From Gammaproteobacteria bacterium (GTDB taxonomy: Bacteria; Pseudomonadota; Gammaproteobacteria; SZUA-229), in assembly GCA_022712755.1 (NCBI GenBank), contig JAFLJY010000220.1:1-42481 (forward strand): DNA of 42,481 bases. The letters run 5' to 3'. Both the position numbers and the translations under genes were made by a program. Shown here piece by piece: positions 1-9,464 of the stretch (position 1 is its first letter; every line of letters starts with the position of its first letter). Below the pieces are notes generated by a model. It made no database searches, was not told where the DNA came from, and saw only the letters and a program-made list of their open reading frames with translations.

Positions 1-320
1 TGAGTTTTTTATCATTTGATGCCGCGAGCTACAGAAGACTGCAATGCGGTATTTGAAGGTGTGTATCTTCTGGTGTCTATCTATGCGCAAGATGCCAACA
101 ATGTTGAGGTATTTGCCTTTAGTAATTCTAGTATAATAATACTGGCATAGCAATATTATTTTCATTTTCAAATACGAAATACTGTACCGGTTCCTGACTT
201 TATGGTATCGGTGCTTCTATGCATCTGTTTATTTATCGTGTAAGTTAGGTCGAAATTACTCTGAATTACTCTGTACTGCTGCTAAAATTGATTATCAAAG
301 GAACATAAGGACTGTCTATT

Positions 321-1268
321 GTGGAACATCTATCTGTATCATTTATTATCCCAGCATATAATGAAGAAGTATTCCTGCCATCGGTATTAAAAAATATTAC
401 TAAATATACGCCACCTGAGCTTACGTATGAAGTTATTGTTGCAGATAATGGTTCTGAAGATAAAACGGTACAACTAGCGAGAGAGGCTGGAGCAAAAGTT
501 CTTATTGATAAAGAAGCAACCATAGGTGGCTTGCGTAATTTAGCCGTTGATTCATCTACAGGTAAAGTCCTGGTCTTTCTGGATGCGGATATATTACTGA
601 CACAAATGTGGGCTGATAATATTATCGATGTATATAAATCTCTCCTGGATAATTGTTATCAGGTGTCTGGATCAAGATGTGGTATCCCGACACCGGCTAG
701 CTGGATAGAGAAAGCCTGGTTTAAGCCTTTAGTGAACCAGGTGGCTAAATATATAAATAGTGGTCACATGATAGTGTCCAGAAAATTATTTGATATTGTA
801 GGTGGTTTTGATGTAAATCTTGAAACGGGGGAGGATTATGCATTCGGGCAAGCAGCTCTACAGGCAAAGGCCGTTATTACTGTTAATCCTCTTTTATCGG
901 TAATTCATAAAGGTTATCCAAAAACAATTTATCAATTTATGCGCAGAGAGATGTGGCATGGCCGCGGTGATTGTGAATCTTTGCATAATATGGTGGCATC
1001 AAAGGTGGCAATGACATCTGTTTTATTTGCATTTCTTCATCTGTTGGTTATTATTGGGCTTGTAATGTCCTCATTTATGCTCATTGCTTCGGCCATGGTT
1101 GCCATTACAGTTATATGTGTAGGTGCATCAGTTTATAAACATAATGCATGCACAATAAAAGACTTGGTATTACTAAGTTTTTTGTATTATTTATACTTCA
1201 CGTCACGATTTTTATCTTGTATATCTTTTATGAGTGTTAGATCGGTTAAAAGAAAAGAAGGTGATTAG
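321..1268 (+). CDS. Family-2 glycosyltransferase with C-terminal membrane segments
   Basis: GTG start. GT2 motifs 'SFIIPAYNEE', 'VADNGSEDKT' and DXD-type 'FLDADILL'. The C-terminal third is hydrophobic. Confidence 0.8.
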   Translation: MEHLSVSFIIPAYNEEVFLPSVLKNITKYTPPELTYEVIVADNGSEDKTVQLAREAGAKVLIDKEATIGGLRNLAVDSSTGKVLVFLDADILLTQMWADNIIDVYKSLLDNCYQVSGSRCGIPTPASWIEKAWFKPLVNQVAKYINSGHMIVSRKLFDIVGGFDVNLETGEDYAFGQAALQAKAVITVNPLLSVIHKGYPKTIYQFMRREMWHGRGDCESLHNMVASKVAMTSVLFAFLHLLVIIGLVMSSFMLIASAMVAITVICVGASVYKHNACTIKDLVLLSFLYYLYFTSRFLSCISFMSVRSVKRKEGD

Positions 1269-1416
1269 TCGATCCTTAAGTGTGCATCTCAAGAGCTATA
1301 ATTATCCAAATATCTCCATGCTCTATCAGTATGTACTTTAATGTCGCATAAAATGTAAGGATATTCAACACAATTTGGTGGTAAACAAGCACGTACTTTG
1401 GAGAGTTACAATACGA

Positions 1417-2898
1417 TTATTTATTTGCCCTGGATGAAAATAGAGGGTGATTTTTTACTGTAAGAATGGTTTGCATGATTTTTTCTTTTTCATGTCGAGA
1501 AAAAATAGGTAATGCAAAAAATGCTGCAATAAATGCAACAATTAAAGCCAAACGTAGAGCTATTGATGTGATGATCCCCTCAGGTATTAGTAATGACACC
1601 AGGAAAAATGTTATAGCTAATAACAGTGTAAGGTTAACCTTGGGCCAGGGCAGCTCCATATCGTAAAGTTTTTTTGCTTTTTTATATATCCAGTAAAACC
1701 TGGTTCCAAAACCAATCACTGCAGCCCAGGCAGCGCCATAAAATCCGTAAGCTGGTATTAGGGTAAAGAAAGCGATAGACATGACGATTACGGCTATCAG
1801 CTCTGCATGAGCTATCTGGATAGTTTTCTTCTTTAATAATATGCCAAGATCGCAGAATTTAGTCCAGGCCTGAAATATAAATGCAAGAATAATGATAGGG
1901 ACAATCTGATGTGCGTTTAAGAAAGCAGGGTCAGCCATTATTTTAATGAGGTCTTTTGTAAAAAGTGATATACATAAACCTAGAGTGATGAGAATTATGT
2001 TTACGTATAGAAAATATTCCTGGTAGGTGGCTTTAGCGTTTGGTCTTTTGTGTATCTCGTATTTTTCTGAGTCCCAGATTTTTTCAAATGGAACCCAGGT
2101 AAGTATCATAAAGATGAAACCAAACTTGTAGCCAAGTGAGTAAATACCAACCTGCGAGAAATCAGTATATATACTCAGGATATAGCGATCGCCAAAAGTT
2201 AAATAAAATGTGCCTAAACTTGCAAGCATTAGTGGCAGGCTGAAGGAAAATAATTTTTTGCAGGTTGCAATTGATGCTGACAAGCCAACCTTAGAAAGTG
2301 AATATCCCGTTAATGCGGTTGCCATCACAATACTTGTGATGGCGGCACTGTATGCAACACCTTCTACATGCATGTCCAGGTATACAATGAAGTAGACATT
2401 AAGACCGACCTGTAACACAAGTTTTGCAATACTAAAGTAAAAAAACAACCAGGGCTTTTGTCGCGCACGTATATGTACAAGAGGTATTTCTATCAGTGGT
2501 AGCAACAGCATTGTAATTGCAAAGAGAACGATATAATACTGGAAGCTAGCATCAGAAAAGATTGCAACAGCAAGCGTTTCTGAGAGAAGAAATAATGTGA
2601 TAGCACCTATTCCGTTAAAAAAGATACCGAGTATGAGTGCTGAAGATATAATATTATTTTTTTCTGTGCCGCTTGTGGCTGTGCAATAGAATCGAAATAC
2701 CGAGATACCAATACGCGCGCCTAATATTAAAGCGGTAAAGTCAATTAGCATTGTAAGCAGTTCGATTACACCATAATCTTCTGGCGTTAAAAAACGCGTA
2801 TAGATGGGTAGCATAATTAGGCTTGTGCTGTATCTGAGAATATCACCAAACATGTAGATAGATGAGTGTTTTACAACTTTATTTCCGGGTGTGTTCAT
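1417..2898 (-). CDS. Wzx-like polysaccharide/oligosaccharide flippase (MOP superfamily)
   Basis: 493 aa and hydrophobic throughout, with about 12 or more predicted TM helices. Start 'KHSSIYMFGDILRYSTSLIMLPIYTRFLTPEDYG' is typical of polysaccharide biosynthesis (Wzx) proteins. Confidence 0.75.
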   Translation of the reverse strand: MNTPGNKVVKHSSIYMFGDILRYSTSLIMLPIYTRFLTPEDYGVIELLTMLIDFTALILGARIGISVFRFYCTATSGTEKNNIISSALILGIFFNGIGAITLFLLSETLAVAIFSDASFQYYIVLFAITMLLLPLIEIPLVHIRARQKPWLFFYFSIAKLVLQVGLNVYFIVYLDMHVEGVAYSAAITSIVMATALTGYSLSKVGLSASIATCKKLFSFSLPLMLASLGTFYLTFGDRYILSIYTDFSQVGIYSLGYKFGFIFMILTWVPFEKIWDSEKYEIHKRPNAKATYQEYFLYVNIILITLGLCISLFTKDLIKIMADPAFLNAHQIVPIIILAFIFQAWTKFCDLGILLKKKTIQIAHAELIAVIVMSIAFFTLIPAYGFYGAAWAAVIGFGTRFYWIYKKAKKLYDMELPWPKVNLTLLLAITFFLVSLLIPEGIITSIALRLALIVAFIAAFFALPIFSRHEKEKIMQTILTVKNHPLFSSRANK

Positions 2899-3114
2899 CT
2901 GTTGTTTTTCATGTTGTGAATAAGAGGATATTGCTTCATTACAGGGGGCGGCATTATTTGTTTATTGCATGAATAAAGTGCCGCAGTTGTTTTTTTGACA
3001 ACAGCTTCATGCTTAATCATTTCAGCGCTATTCTAATATATCCTGGTGTATGAGCAGGCGGGCTTTCTGCCGTTCATGGTAGTCGTAGTGAGGCTGTAAC
3101 ATTCAGCTAAGGTA

Positions 3115-5076
3115 TTAATCCATGGCTTTGCAATTCAGGCAATAAACTTGCGTAATGTTATCCTTCCCTGTAAATATGGGTGTGAGAGTTGATTCTATAT
3201 CTTCAAGCCATTGCTGTTGATCTTCTCTCAGGTAAAGATCGTGTTCATGGTGTGTTTCACCAGAAGTGATTAACCATGTCCGCCGACTTTTGTCGCGGGA
3301 AAGGCTTTTTAAAATTTCTGCAGTGGCAATCGCACTATTTGCATAGATGTCATACAGTTTTTGGTCTTCCTTCAGGAATGTAAAGTGGTTGCCTTTGACA
3401 TCATCATATTGCCGTAGCCAATAGTCGATTTTGCCAGCATACCAGCGTTGTTGGATTATATCTTCTGCAATAACAATGTCATTATCCAGTCTGTGTGCAG
3501 CTACATATTCGCCAGGATTTTTATGATCCGGGTAAAAGGGAAAAATAAGTGCCTGTTTGTTCAGGCGGTCACCATAATCTACGGTAGCAACTTTATATGA
3601 AGGTAATAAACCGTGGCCGCCCAAAATACCTGAAAAAATAATCAGGCATACAAAAATAAAAGCGGCTTTCCCAGCGTCAGCAAAACGGTTGTGGAATAAC
3701 GTATGAGTTGCTGTGTATAGGGCATACGTTGTTATGATAAAAATAAAGGGAAATGCCTGCACTAAATAACGGGCTGGTGCCCATTTTTCAAAAATTCCAA
3801 TCAGGATTAATGGGAACAGGCTAACCAGCAGCAGTACGCGTATATTTAAGTTGGACTCGGTTTTTTTTATGGATACGATGTATACCATAGCGGCGAGAAA
3901 CAGCAGTGTGACCCCTGAAAATAAGGCAAATAAAGTGAACCAGTTAGGGTATGGGAACGACAACAGTGTTTTTATTCCGGGAATGACTCCGTGTTCAGTA
4001 ATGGTTAAAATGGCAGTAACGAATGCGACCGTTGCGATAGCAAGCAAAGGTTTCCAGGTGGTTTTTACATAGTGATGCAATGATTCTGGATAGAGTAGTA
4101 ATAAAAGCAGGAGAGATAAAAGTGCACCATGCAAATGACCTGTGCCAGCAAAACCTGCGAATAGTATCGCCAATGAATACCTGGTGATGAGTCGAAATTC
4201 CTTGCCGTTTGCGTCATCAGTAAAGCTTGATTTTATTGCCAGCCATATTCCGAGTAGTAACCCCGCTACGCCCTGCGCAAATTGCAGAGCCGTTACAGAA
4301 AAGTGTTGAGGTAGTCTGCTGGCTGTTATATCTGACAGGATGATGCCATGTGCTTCTTTCCATTGTGAGTATGGCGCAGTAACAAACATTTCAGCATAAA
4401 GATAGGCGAGTATCCCGCTGATGATGGAAAATAAAATTAATTTGTACTGCGGTGTTGTTGCGTAGTCTTTAATAAATAGTGCGATAAACGGTATTATTGC
4501 TAAAAATATTCCTATTTGATGAAAGCTTACAGTAACAATAAACAGTGTTGTGGCTATGAGCAGGTTTTTGAATGTGTCCGTTTGAGCCCACCTTAGTATG
4601 CTGAAAACCCCTGCTACATAAAAAAACAGGAAGGGAGCATACATTCTTGCCTGGCGTGAGGTGATAATATGCCATTCAGACAAGGCTAGTAGCAAAGCGA
4701 CCAGAAACGCGATAGACGTACCGGTAAACACGCGGACAAGCAAAAAAATGAGTGGGATGGTGAGAATGCCTAGCAAGGCTCCGGGTAGTCTGTATGAAAA
4801 CTCATTATCCAGACCAAATGTTTTAGCTGAAATCGAATTTAACCATGTTTGAGAAATGGCGCGATAATAGGGCATGCCGCTGGGCATTTGTGGTGAGCCT
4901 GTTTCGGCCATAGAGCGTGATGCAAATGCGGTAGTTTCTTCATCCATATAGAAGCCAAGATCCCCCAGATCATACAGGCGAGGAATGGCCGCAACGATTG
5001 TTAGCAGTAAAACGATTAATGGAATTTTATAATTGTTGATAAAACGTAAAGTATTATTTTGCAAGGCATTATCCAT
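3115..5076 (-). CDS. GT-C fold glycosyltransferase (ArnT/PMT-like, GT39/GT83-type), polyprenyl-phosphate-sugar dependent
   Basis: 653 aa. The N-terminal loop 'LGFYMDEETTAFASRSM' is a DE motif in the first periplasmic loop. About 12 TM helices are followed by a soluble C-terminal domain. Confidence 0.7.
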   Translation of the reverse strand: MDNALQNNTLRFINNYKIPLIVLLLTIVAAIPRLYDLGDLGFYMDEETTAFASRSMAETGSPQMPSGMPYYRAISQTWLNSISAKTFGLDNEFSYRLPGALLGILTIPLIFLLVRVFTGTSIAFLVALLLALSEWHIITSRQARMYAPFLFFYVAGVFSILRWAQTDTFKNLLIATTLFIVTVSFHQIGIFLAIIPFIALFIKDYATTPQYKLILFSIISGILAYLYAEMFVTAPYSQWKEAHGIILSDITASRLPQHFSVTALQFAQGVAGLLLGIWLAIKSSFTDDANGKEFRLITRYSLAILFAGFAGTGHLHGALLSLLLLLLLYPESLHHYVKTTWKPLLAIATVAFVTAILTITEHGVIPGIKTLLSFPYPNWFTLFALFSGVTLLFLAAMVYIVSIKKTESNLNIRVLLLVSLFPLILIGIFEKWAPARYLVQAFPFIFIITTYALYTATHTLFHNRFADAGKAAFIFVCLIIFSGILGGHGLLPSYKVATVDYGDRLNKQALIFPFYPDHKNPGEYVAAHRLDNDIVIAEDIIQQRWYAGKIDYWLRQYDDVKGNHFTFLKEDQKLYDIYANSAIATAEILKSLSRDKSRRTWLITSGETHHEHDLYLREDQQQWLEDIESTLTPIFTGKDNITQVYCLNCKAMD

Positions 5077-5116
5077 ACTGACTCAGAAAGCGATTCTTTT
5101 ATTTAGGGGGTCTTAT

Positions 5117-6091
5117 TTAGGAAATCGCTGGTGTTGCCGGTGAATGAATAATTTTGTCTATTTTGTACTCTTTTAATTTTTTGGCATGGGTGAAAATAAT
5201 AATTTCACCAATCAAACCGATAGCGATGATCTGCACACCTAAAACAACCAAAAGTGAACTAAGAATTAACGCGGGTCGATCGCCTAAAGCCATATCAAAA
5301 AACAGTCGTTGTGCGACTAGAAACAGTGTTATGAACAAACCGGATGCAAATAAGGTGGTGCCGACAAGACCAAAAAAACGCAGAGGCTTTTTGGTGAATT
5401 TAACGAGGAAAAATATAGTGAGCAAATCCAGTAATCGTCTTACGTATAAGCCTGGAGAGTAGATTCGGCGGTGTTTGTCCTGCTTTGCCTGTGCCACATT
5501 GGTCTCGATGATTCGGTAGCCCTGCTGGTGGGCAATGACGGGGAAGAAACGGTGCAGATCACCATACAGCTGCACATTTTCAACAATTTTCCTGGTGAAA
5601 GCACGTACGCTGCAACCGGCATCGTTAATTTGCAAGTCAGTAGAAAACCGTAACAGAAAATTGAACAGCCGAGCCTGCATACGGTTGATAATGGAATCGC
5701 CGCGCGGGCTTCTGTTTGCCAGTACCATGTCGCAGTTTTCCAGTGATTTGATAATGGCTGGAATTTCGTCTACTTCTATCTGCTGGTAGGCGGGCAGGGT
5801 AAGAAAAGTGTCGCCGGTGGCCTGAGCAAAGCCTGCATTTAGTGCGGTGGTCTCGCCAAACCATTTGGCAAGTGTGATTATGGTGATGCTGTTTGTTTCC
5901 TGGAGCTGATTAAGCTCTTTTAGCACTTCGGGGTAATCGCCATCTAATACATAGATGATTTCAAAATTTTTCCCGGTAGATTCGATAACACGTTTGTACT
6001 CATGATAGAGTGCTGATACAGGGTCATAACGTTGTTCAGTCACAGGGATGATGACAGATAATTCAATTTTTTCAGTTGTGGCAGTATTCAC
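5117..6091 (-). CDS. GT2 polyprenyl-phosphate glycosyltransferase paralog (ArnC/GtrB/DPM1-like) lacking the canonical DXD motif
   Basis: GTG start. 'LSVIIPV' and 'YVLDGDYPE' are present, but 'LTLPAYQQ' replaces the D-x-D. Two C-terminal TM helices, as in ArnC/GtrB. Confidence 0.7.
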   Translation of the reverse strand: MNTATTEKIELSVIIPVTEQRYDPVSALYHEYKRVIESTGKNFEIIYVLDGDYPEVLKELNQLQETNSITIITLAKWFGETTALNAGFAQATGDTFLTLPAYQQIEVDEIPAIIKSLENCDMVLANRSPRGDSIINRMQARLFNFLLRFSTDLQINDAGCSVRAFTRKIVENVQLYGDLHRFFPVIAHQQGYRIIETNVAQAKQDKHRRIYSPGLYVRRLLDLLTIFFLVKFTKKPLRFFGLVGTTLFASGLFITLFLVAQRLFFDMALGDRPALILSSLLVVLGVQIIAIGLIGEIIIFTHAKKLKEYKIDKIIHSPATPAIS

Positions 6092-6100
6092 TTGTTTTCC

Positions 6101-7054
6101 TCATTGCCCGGTTTTAGTGTTGCTTTTAATTTGTGCGAAATGCTCCAGCTTAAGGTTTCCGGTTCGATAAATCAGTTCGCCAAGCGTACCCCAAAGCAGC
6201 AGGGTAATTGCTAACGAGCTATAGAGAACGCCTACGCTGTAAAAAACCAGTGCTGGTGAGTTGTCGTCTAGCGTCAGGACTGCGATAAAAGCAGTTATGC
6301 CTATCATTGCCGCTATGCTGGCCACCACTGCGAAAACCATTAATGGTTTGGAAAATGATGACAGCAATGTTTTGATGGTGATCAGATCAATGAACACTTT
6401 ATAGATTCTGGTTAAGCCATATTTAGATTCGCCAAATGCCCTGGCGTGGTGTTTTACTTTAACTTCAGCGATTTTAGTGCCAGCGAGTGATGTCATCGCA
6501 GGGATGAAGCGGTGCATTTCTGAGTAAAGAGGTATCTTCTTGATAACATCGGCTCGGTATGCTTTCAGTGAGCAGCCATTATCTTTAATCGGCACGCCGG
6601 TAATCTTTCCGATAAGCCAGTTGGCGATTTTTGAAGGGATTTTTCTGGTTATCAATTTATCCTGTCTGTTGTGTCGCCAGCCAACCACGATATCGAAACC
6701 TTCGCCAATCTTGTTAACTAGCATTGGAATATCATCAGGGTCATTTTGCAGATCGCCATCCATGGTCACCAGGATTTTTCCATAGGCGTTGTCAATTCCG
6801 GCTGCCATAGCCGGGGTCTGCCCGTAATTGCGGCGAAATTTAACAACTCGAAGTCGATGGTCTTTTGCTGCCAGCTCACTGGCTATAGGCACGGTTTTAT
6901 CTTTACTGCCGTCATCAACGAAAAGGATTTCGTAATCAAGCCCCATACGGTCGACTGATTTTACGATTGCTTCATATAGAGGGGTAACACTGTCTTCCTC
7001 GTTGTAGAGAGGGACAATTACAGATAAGTCCATAGCCTGAGATTTTTCCTGCAC
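6101..7054 (-). CDS. GT2 polyprenyl-phosphate glycosyltransferase (ArnC/GtrB/DPM1-like)
   Basis: 'LSVIVPLYNEE', 'FVDDGSKDKT', 'VTMDGDLQNDP', and two C-terminal TM helices. The track start at 7054 is GTG; an alternative ATG lies at 7033. Confidence 0.8.
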   Translation of the reverse strand: MQEKSQAMDLSVIVPLYNEEDSVTPLYEAIVKSVDRMGLDYEILFVDDGSKDKTVPIASELAAKDHRLRVVKFRRNYGQTPAMAAGIDNAYGKILVTMDGDLQNDPDDIPMLVNKIGEGFDIVVGWRHNRQDKLITRKIPSKIANWLIGKITGVPIKDNGCSLKAYRADVIKKIPLYSEMHRFIPAMTSLAGTKIAEVKVKHHARAFGESKYGLTRIYKVFIDLITIKTLLSSFSKPLMVFAVVASIAAMIGITAFIAVLTLDDNSPALVFYSVGVLYSSLAITLLLWGTLGELIYRTGNLKLEHFAQIKSNTKTGQ

Positions 7055-7094
7055 ACGATGTTATAAATTTTTATAGATAATGGTAAGGGATTAT

Positions 7095-7124
7095 AGGCTT
7101 CTTTTATAATTATAATAGTAATTG
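7095..7124 (+). promoter_or_regulatory. Copy 1 of a conserved ~30-bp AT-rich motif (aggCttcttttataAttataatagTAattg)
   Basis: 26/30 identical to 8420-8449 in the same orientation. Contains a TATAAT-like hexamer. Lies upstream of the minus-strand GT2 operon. Confidence 0.35.
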
Positions 7125-7223
7125 CCCAACATTCATGTTCCTATGCTGGGATTTAGATGACTTTGTGTTCTCAGACAGTATCCTGATGTTATTTGCGATC
7201 GAGTTTTTTATCAAATTGATATT

Positions 7224-8228
7224 TTACTTCTCATTGTCATTCATAAACAAGTCCAGGTTTTCAGACATTCCTTCTTCAAATGTAGTGGGAGTGAACCCTA
7301 ATTCTTCCTGAATCTTACGTGAACTGCATAGTTGATTAGTCATCAATCTTTTCAGGATGTCGCTATTAAAAGGCAGCTTTAGTTTAAAATATTTTTCAGA
7401 AAAATCACCGATCAAGGCTAAATAAGAAGCCAGGCCAGCAGGGATATGAAAACGGTATAGAGGTACACTAAGTTTAGTAGAGATAAATTCTGCCATTTCT
7501 TTGAGGGTATAGGTGTCTTTGTCTGTGACAATATAGGTTTGACCGCTAGATAAAGGGTTTTCTGCTACGCACAGGGCGGCTTCCACTACATTGTTAATGT
7601 AAACGATACTTCGCATCGTGCCTCCATCGCCGATGATGACAAATCGCCTTTTATTAATATAATTAATAAGTTTGGCTACGTTACCTATCTCGCCTTTTCC
7701 GTATACAACTACGGGTATTAAGATGGTGGTATCGATATTGTGTTTTTTTTGGTATTGCTGGACGAGTTCCCCTGCCTTTATTTTGCCTTCACCATATTTT
7801 CCCATTGGGCTAGATAAAGTTGATTCATCCAAAACTTCACTGTCGCTGCCAAAGCTAACAGCCATGCTGCTAAAGAAGACAAACTTAGAAACCCCATTTG
7901 ACACACAGGCATCCAGCAGGTTTTTTGTACCGTCTACGTTAACTGTTTGCAGTTCGGGATCCCTGGAGTCTAGAGCAACATGAAGTTTTGCCGCCAGATG
8001 GTAAACGATATCCACTCCTTCTGTAGCAACCTTCAGAGAGTCAATATCACACAGATCGCCTCTGACTATTTTCACATTATTATCTGTTAACCTGCTTACA
8101 TTGCTGGTGCTTCTTGCCAGAACCCTGACTTCGGCTCCTATTTCAGCAAGTTTGTTAACAAGGTGGTGTCCTATAAAGCCCGTGCCGCCTGTTACCAGCA
8201 CTTTTTTTTCTGCAAACGTATCTCTCAT
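7224..8228 (-). CDS. NAD-dependent epimerase/dehydratase (extended SDR)
   Basis: Rossmann motif 'VLVTGGTGFIGHHL'; length and layout are typical of sugar-nucleotide SDRs. Confidence 0.85.
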   Translation of the reverse strand: MRDTFAEKKVLVTGGTGFIGHHLVNKLAEIGAEVRVLARSTSNVSRLTDNNVKIVRGDLCDIDSLKVATEGVDIVYHLAAKLHVALDSRDPELQTVNVDGTKNLLDACVSNGVSKFVFFSSMAVSFGSDSEVLDESTLSSPMGKYGEGKIKAGELVQQYQKKHNIDTTILIPVVVYGKGEIGNVAKLINYINKRRFVIIGDGGTMRSIVYINNVVEAALCVAENPLSSGQTYIVTDKDTYTLKEMAEFISTKLSVPLYRFHIPAGLASYLALIGDFSEKYFKLKLPFNSDILKRLMTNQLCSSRKIQEELGFTPTTFEEGMSENLDLFMNDNEK

Positions 8229-8419
8229 ATTGTATTCCCTAACTAACGGTATATTTTAAGGTGGCGACCGTCTAAAGCTTAAAATTATTTATACATATTT
8301 CTTTTTGTTTTCTTATTCTGATTTTTTAATAAACCTTTTTTGTCCAAAACCATTTACTGGCGTTCCTCCTCGCACGCTGGCAGTATTATAACTGTTCAAG
8401 GACAAAGTTAACGAATAAC

Positions 8420-8449
8420 AGGTTTCTTTTATATTTATAATAGCGATTG
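8420..8449 (+). promoter_or_regulatory. Copy 2 of the conserved ~30-bp AT-rich motif
   Basis: aggTttcttttataTttataatagCGattg. An inverted partial copy (tataaaagaa) lies about 40 bp downstream at about 8472-8481. Sits in the divergent promoter region 8229-8621. Confidence 0.35.
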
Positions 8450-8621
8450 TGGCATATTAAGGATTATTGGCTATAAAAGAAGCTATAATCATAATCAACC
8501 GGGTATATTTATGTGGCAGTTGATTGTATGGAAATGTAGTTACAATCAATATTATTAACAAAAAACAGGTTTTTAGTGTGGTGTGTTTGGTATTTAAAAA
8601 GGAAAGAGGTGCTAACAAACG

Positions 8622-9437
8622 ATGAATGGCACTGACCAGGGAGCATTACTCGTTGATGCGCATGTGCATGTTTACGATTGTTTTGATATTAATGAACTGC
8701 TTGATGCTGCATTGCGTAATTTTGACCGTGCAGCAAAAAAACTGGGTTTAAATAATAAGTTTACAGGTATTTTATTACTTGCTGAAACAAGTCGTGATAA
8801 CTGGTTTCGGCAATTATCGATGTTAGGCGGACAGGCTCGTTGGCAGATAGAAAAAACCCCGGATAAAACCGTGCTACAGGCAAGACTGCTAACAGATAAC
8901 ACCGATACAGAAAATAGTATATACATCATGGCGGGCAGACAAATTATTACTGCTGAAGGTTTGGAGTTGTTGGCTCTGGCTACAGATAGTACGTTCGAAG
9001 ATGGTTTGTCAGTTACCTCTGCACTTAATGCCGCGCGTAAACAGGATGCTGTTCTAGTACTGCCCTGGGCGGTTGGTAAATGGTTGGGTAAAAGGGGCAA
9101 GTTACTGACTGCTTTGCTGAAAGCAGAAGTGCGTAGCGACCTGTGTCTGGGAGACAACAGTGGCCGGCCGGTATTTTGGCGTAACCCCTTGCATTTTCAG
9201 CAGGCGAAAACATATGGCATGCGTTTATTGCCGGGTACGGATTCGTTACCGTTTTCGAATGAGGTCAATCGTGTTGGCAGTTTTGGATTTATGATACGAG
9301 GCAAACTGACGAATGCACAGCCCTCTTATGATCTTAAACAATTATTACGAAATAATGCGTTAAAAATAACCGTCTATGGTCAGTTGGAAACGCCGCTGCG
9401 TTTTATCGCCAACCAGGTTAGATTACGAATTTCTTAA
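8622..9437 (+). CDS. Hypothetical protein, possible metal-dependent (PHP/amidohydrolase-like) hydrolase
   Basis: N-terminal 'LLVDAHVHVYD' resembles a metal-binding HxH motif. First gene of a tightly packed plus-strand operon. The family assignment is uncertain. Confidence 0.55.
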   Translation: MNGTDQGALLVDAHVHVYDCFDINELLDAALRNFDRAAKKLGLNNKFTGILLLAETSRDNWFRQLSMLGGQARWQIEKTPDKTVLQARLLTDNTDTENSIYIMAGRQIITAEGLELLALATDSTFEDGLSVTSALNAARKQDAVLVLPWAVGKWLGKRGKLLTALLKAEVRSDLCLGDNSGRPVFWRNPLHFQQAKTYGMRLLPGTDSLPFSNEVNRVGSFGFMIRGKLTNAQPSYDLKQLLRNNALKITVYGQLETPLRFIANQVRLRIS

Positions 9438-9464
9438 ATGTAAGGATATGGAAGACGTTATTGT

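Noticed and set aside
254-273. 10-bp tandem direct repeat AATTACTCTG x2 upstream of the first GT2 gene
   Set aside because: It is too short and isolated to interpret, and is likely a trivial slippage product in AT-rich leader DNA.
8672-9157. 161-aa antisense ORF (and 9025-9213) inside the 8622-9437 gene
   Set aside because: It is Ser/Ala/Arg-rich low-complexity sequence typical of antisense frames. The sense frame fits the operon spacing and has an HxH motif.
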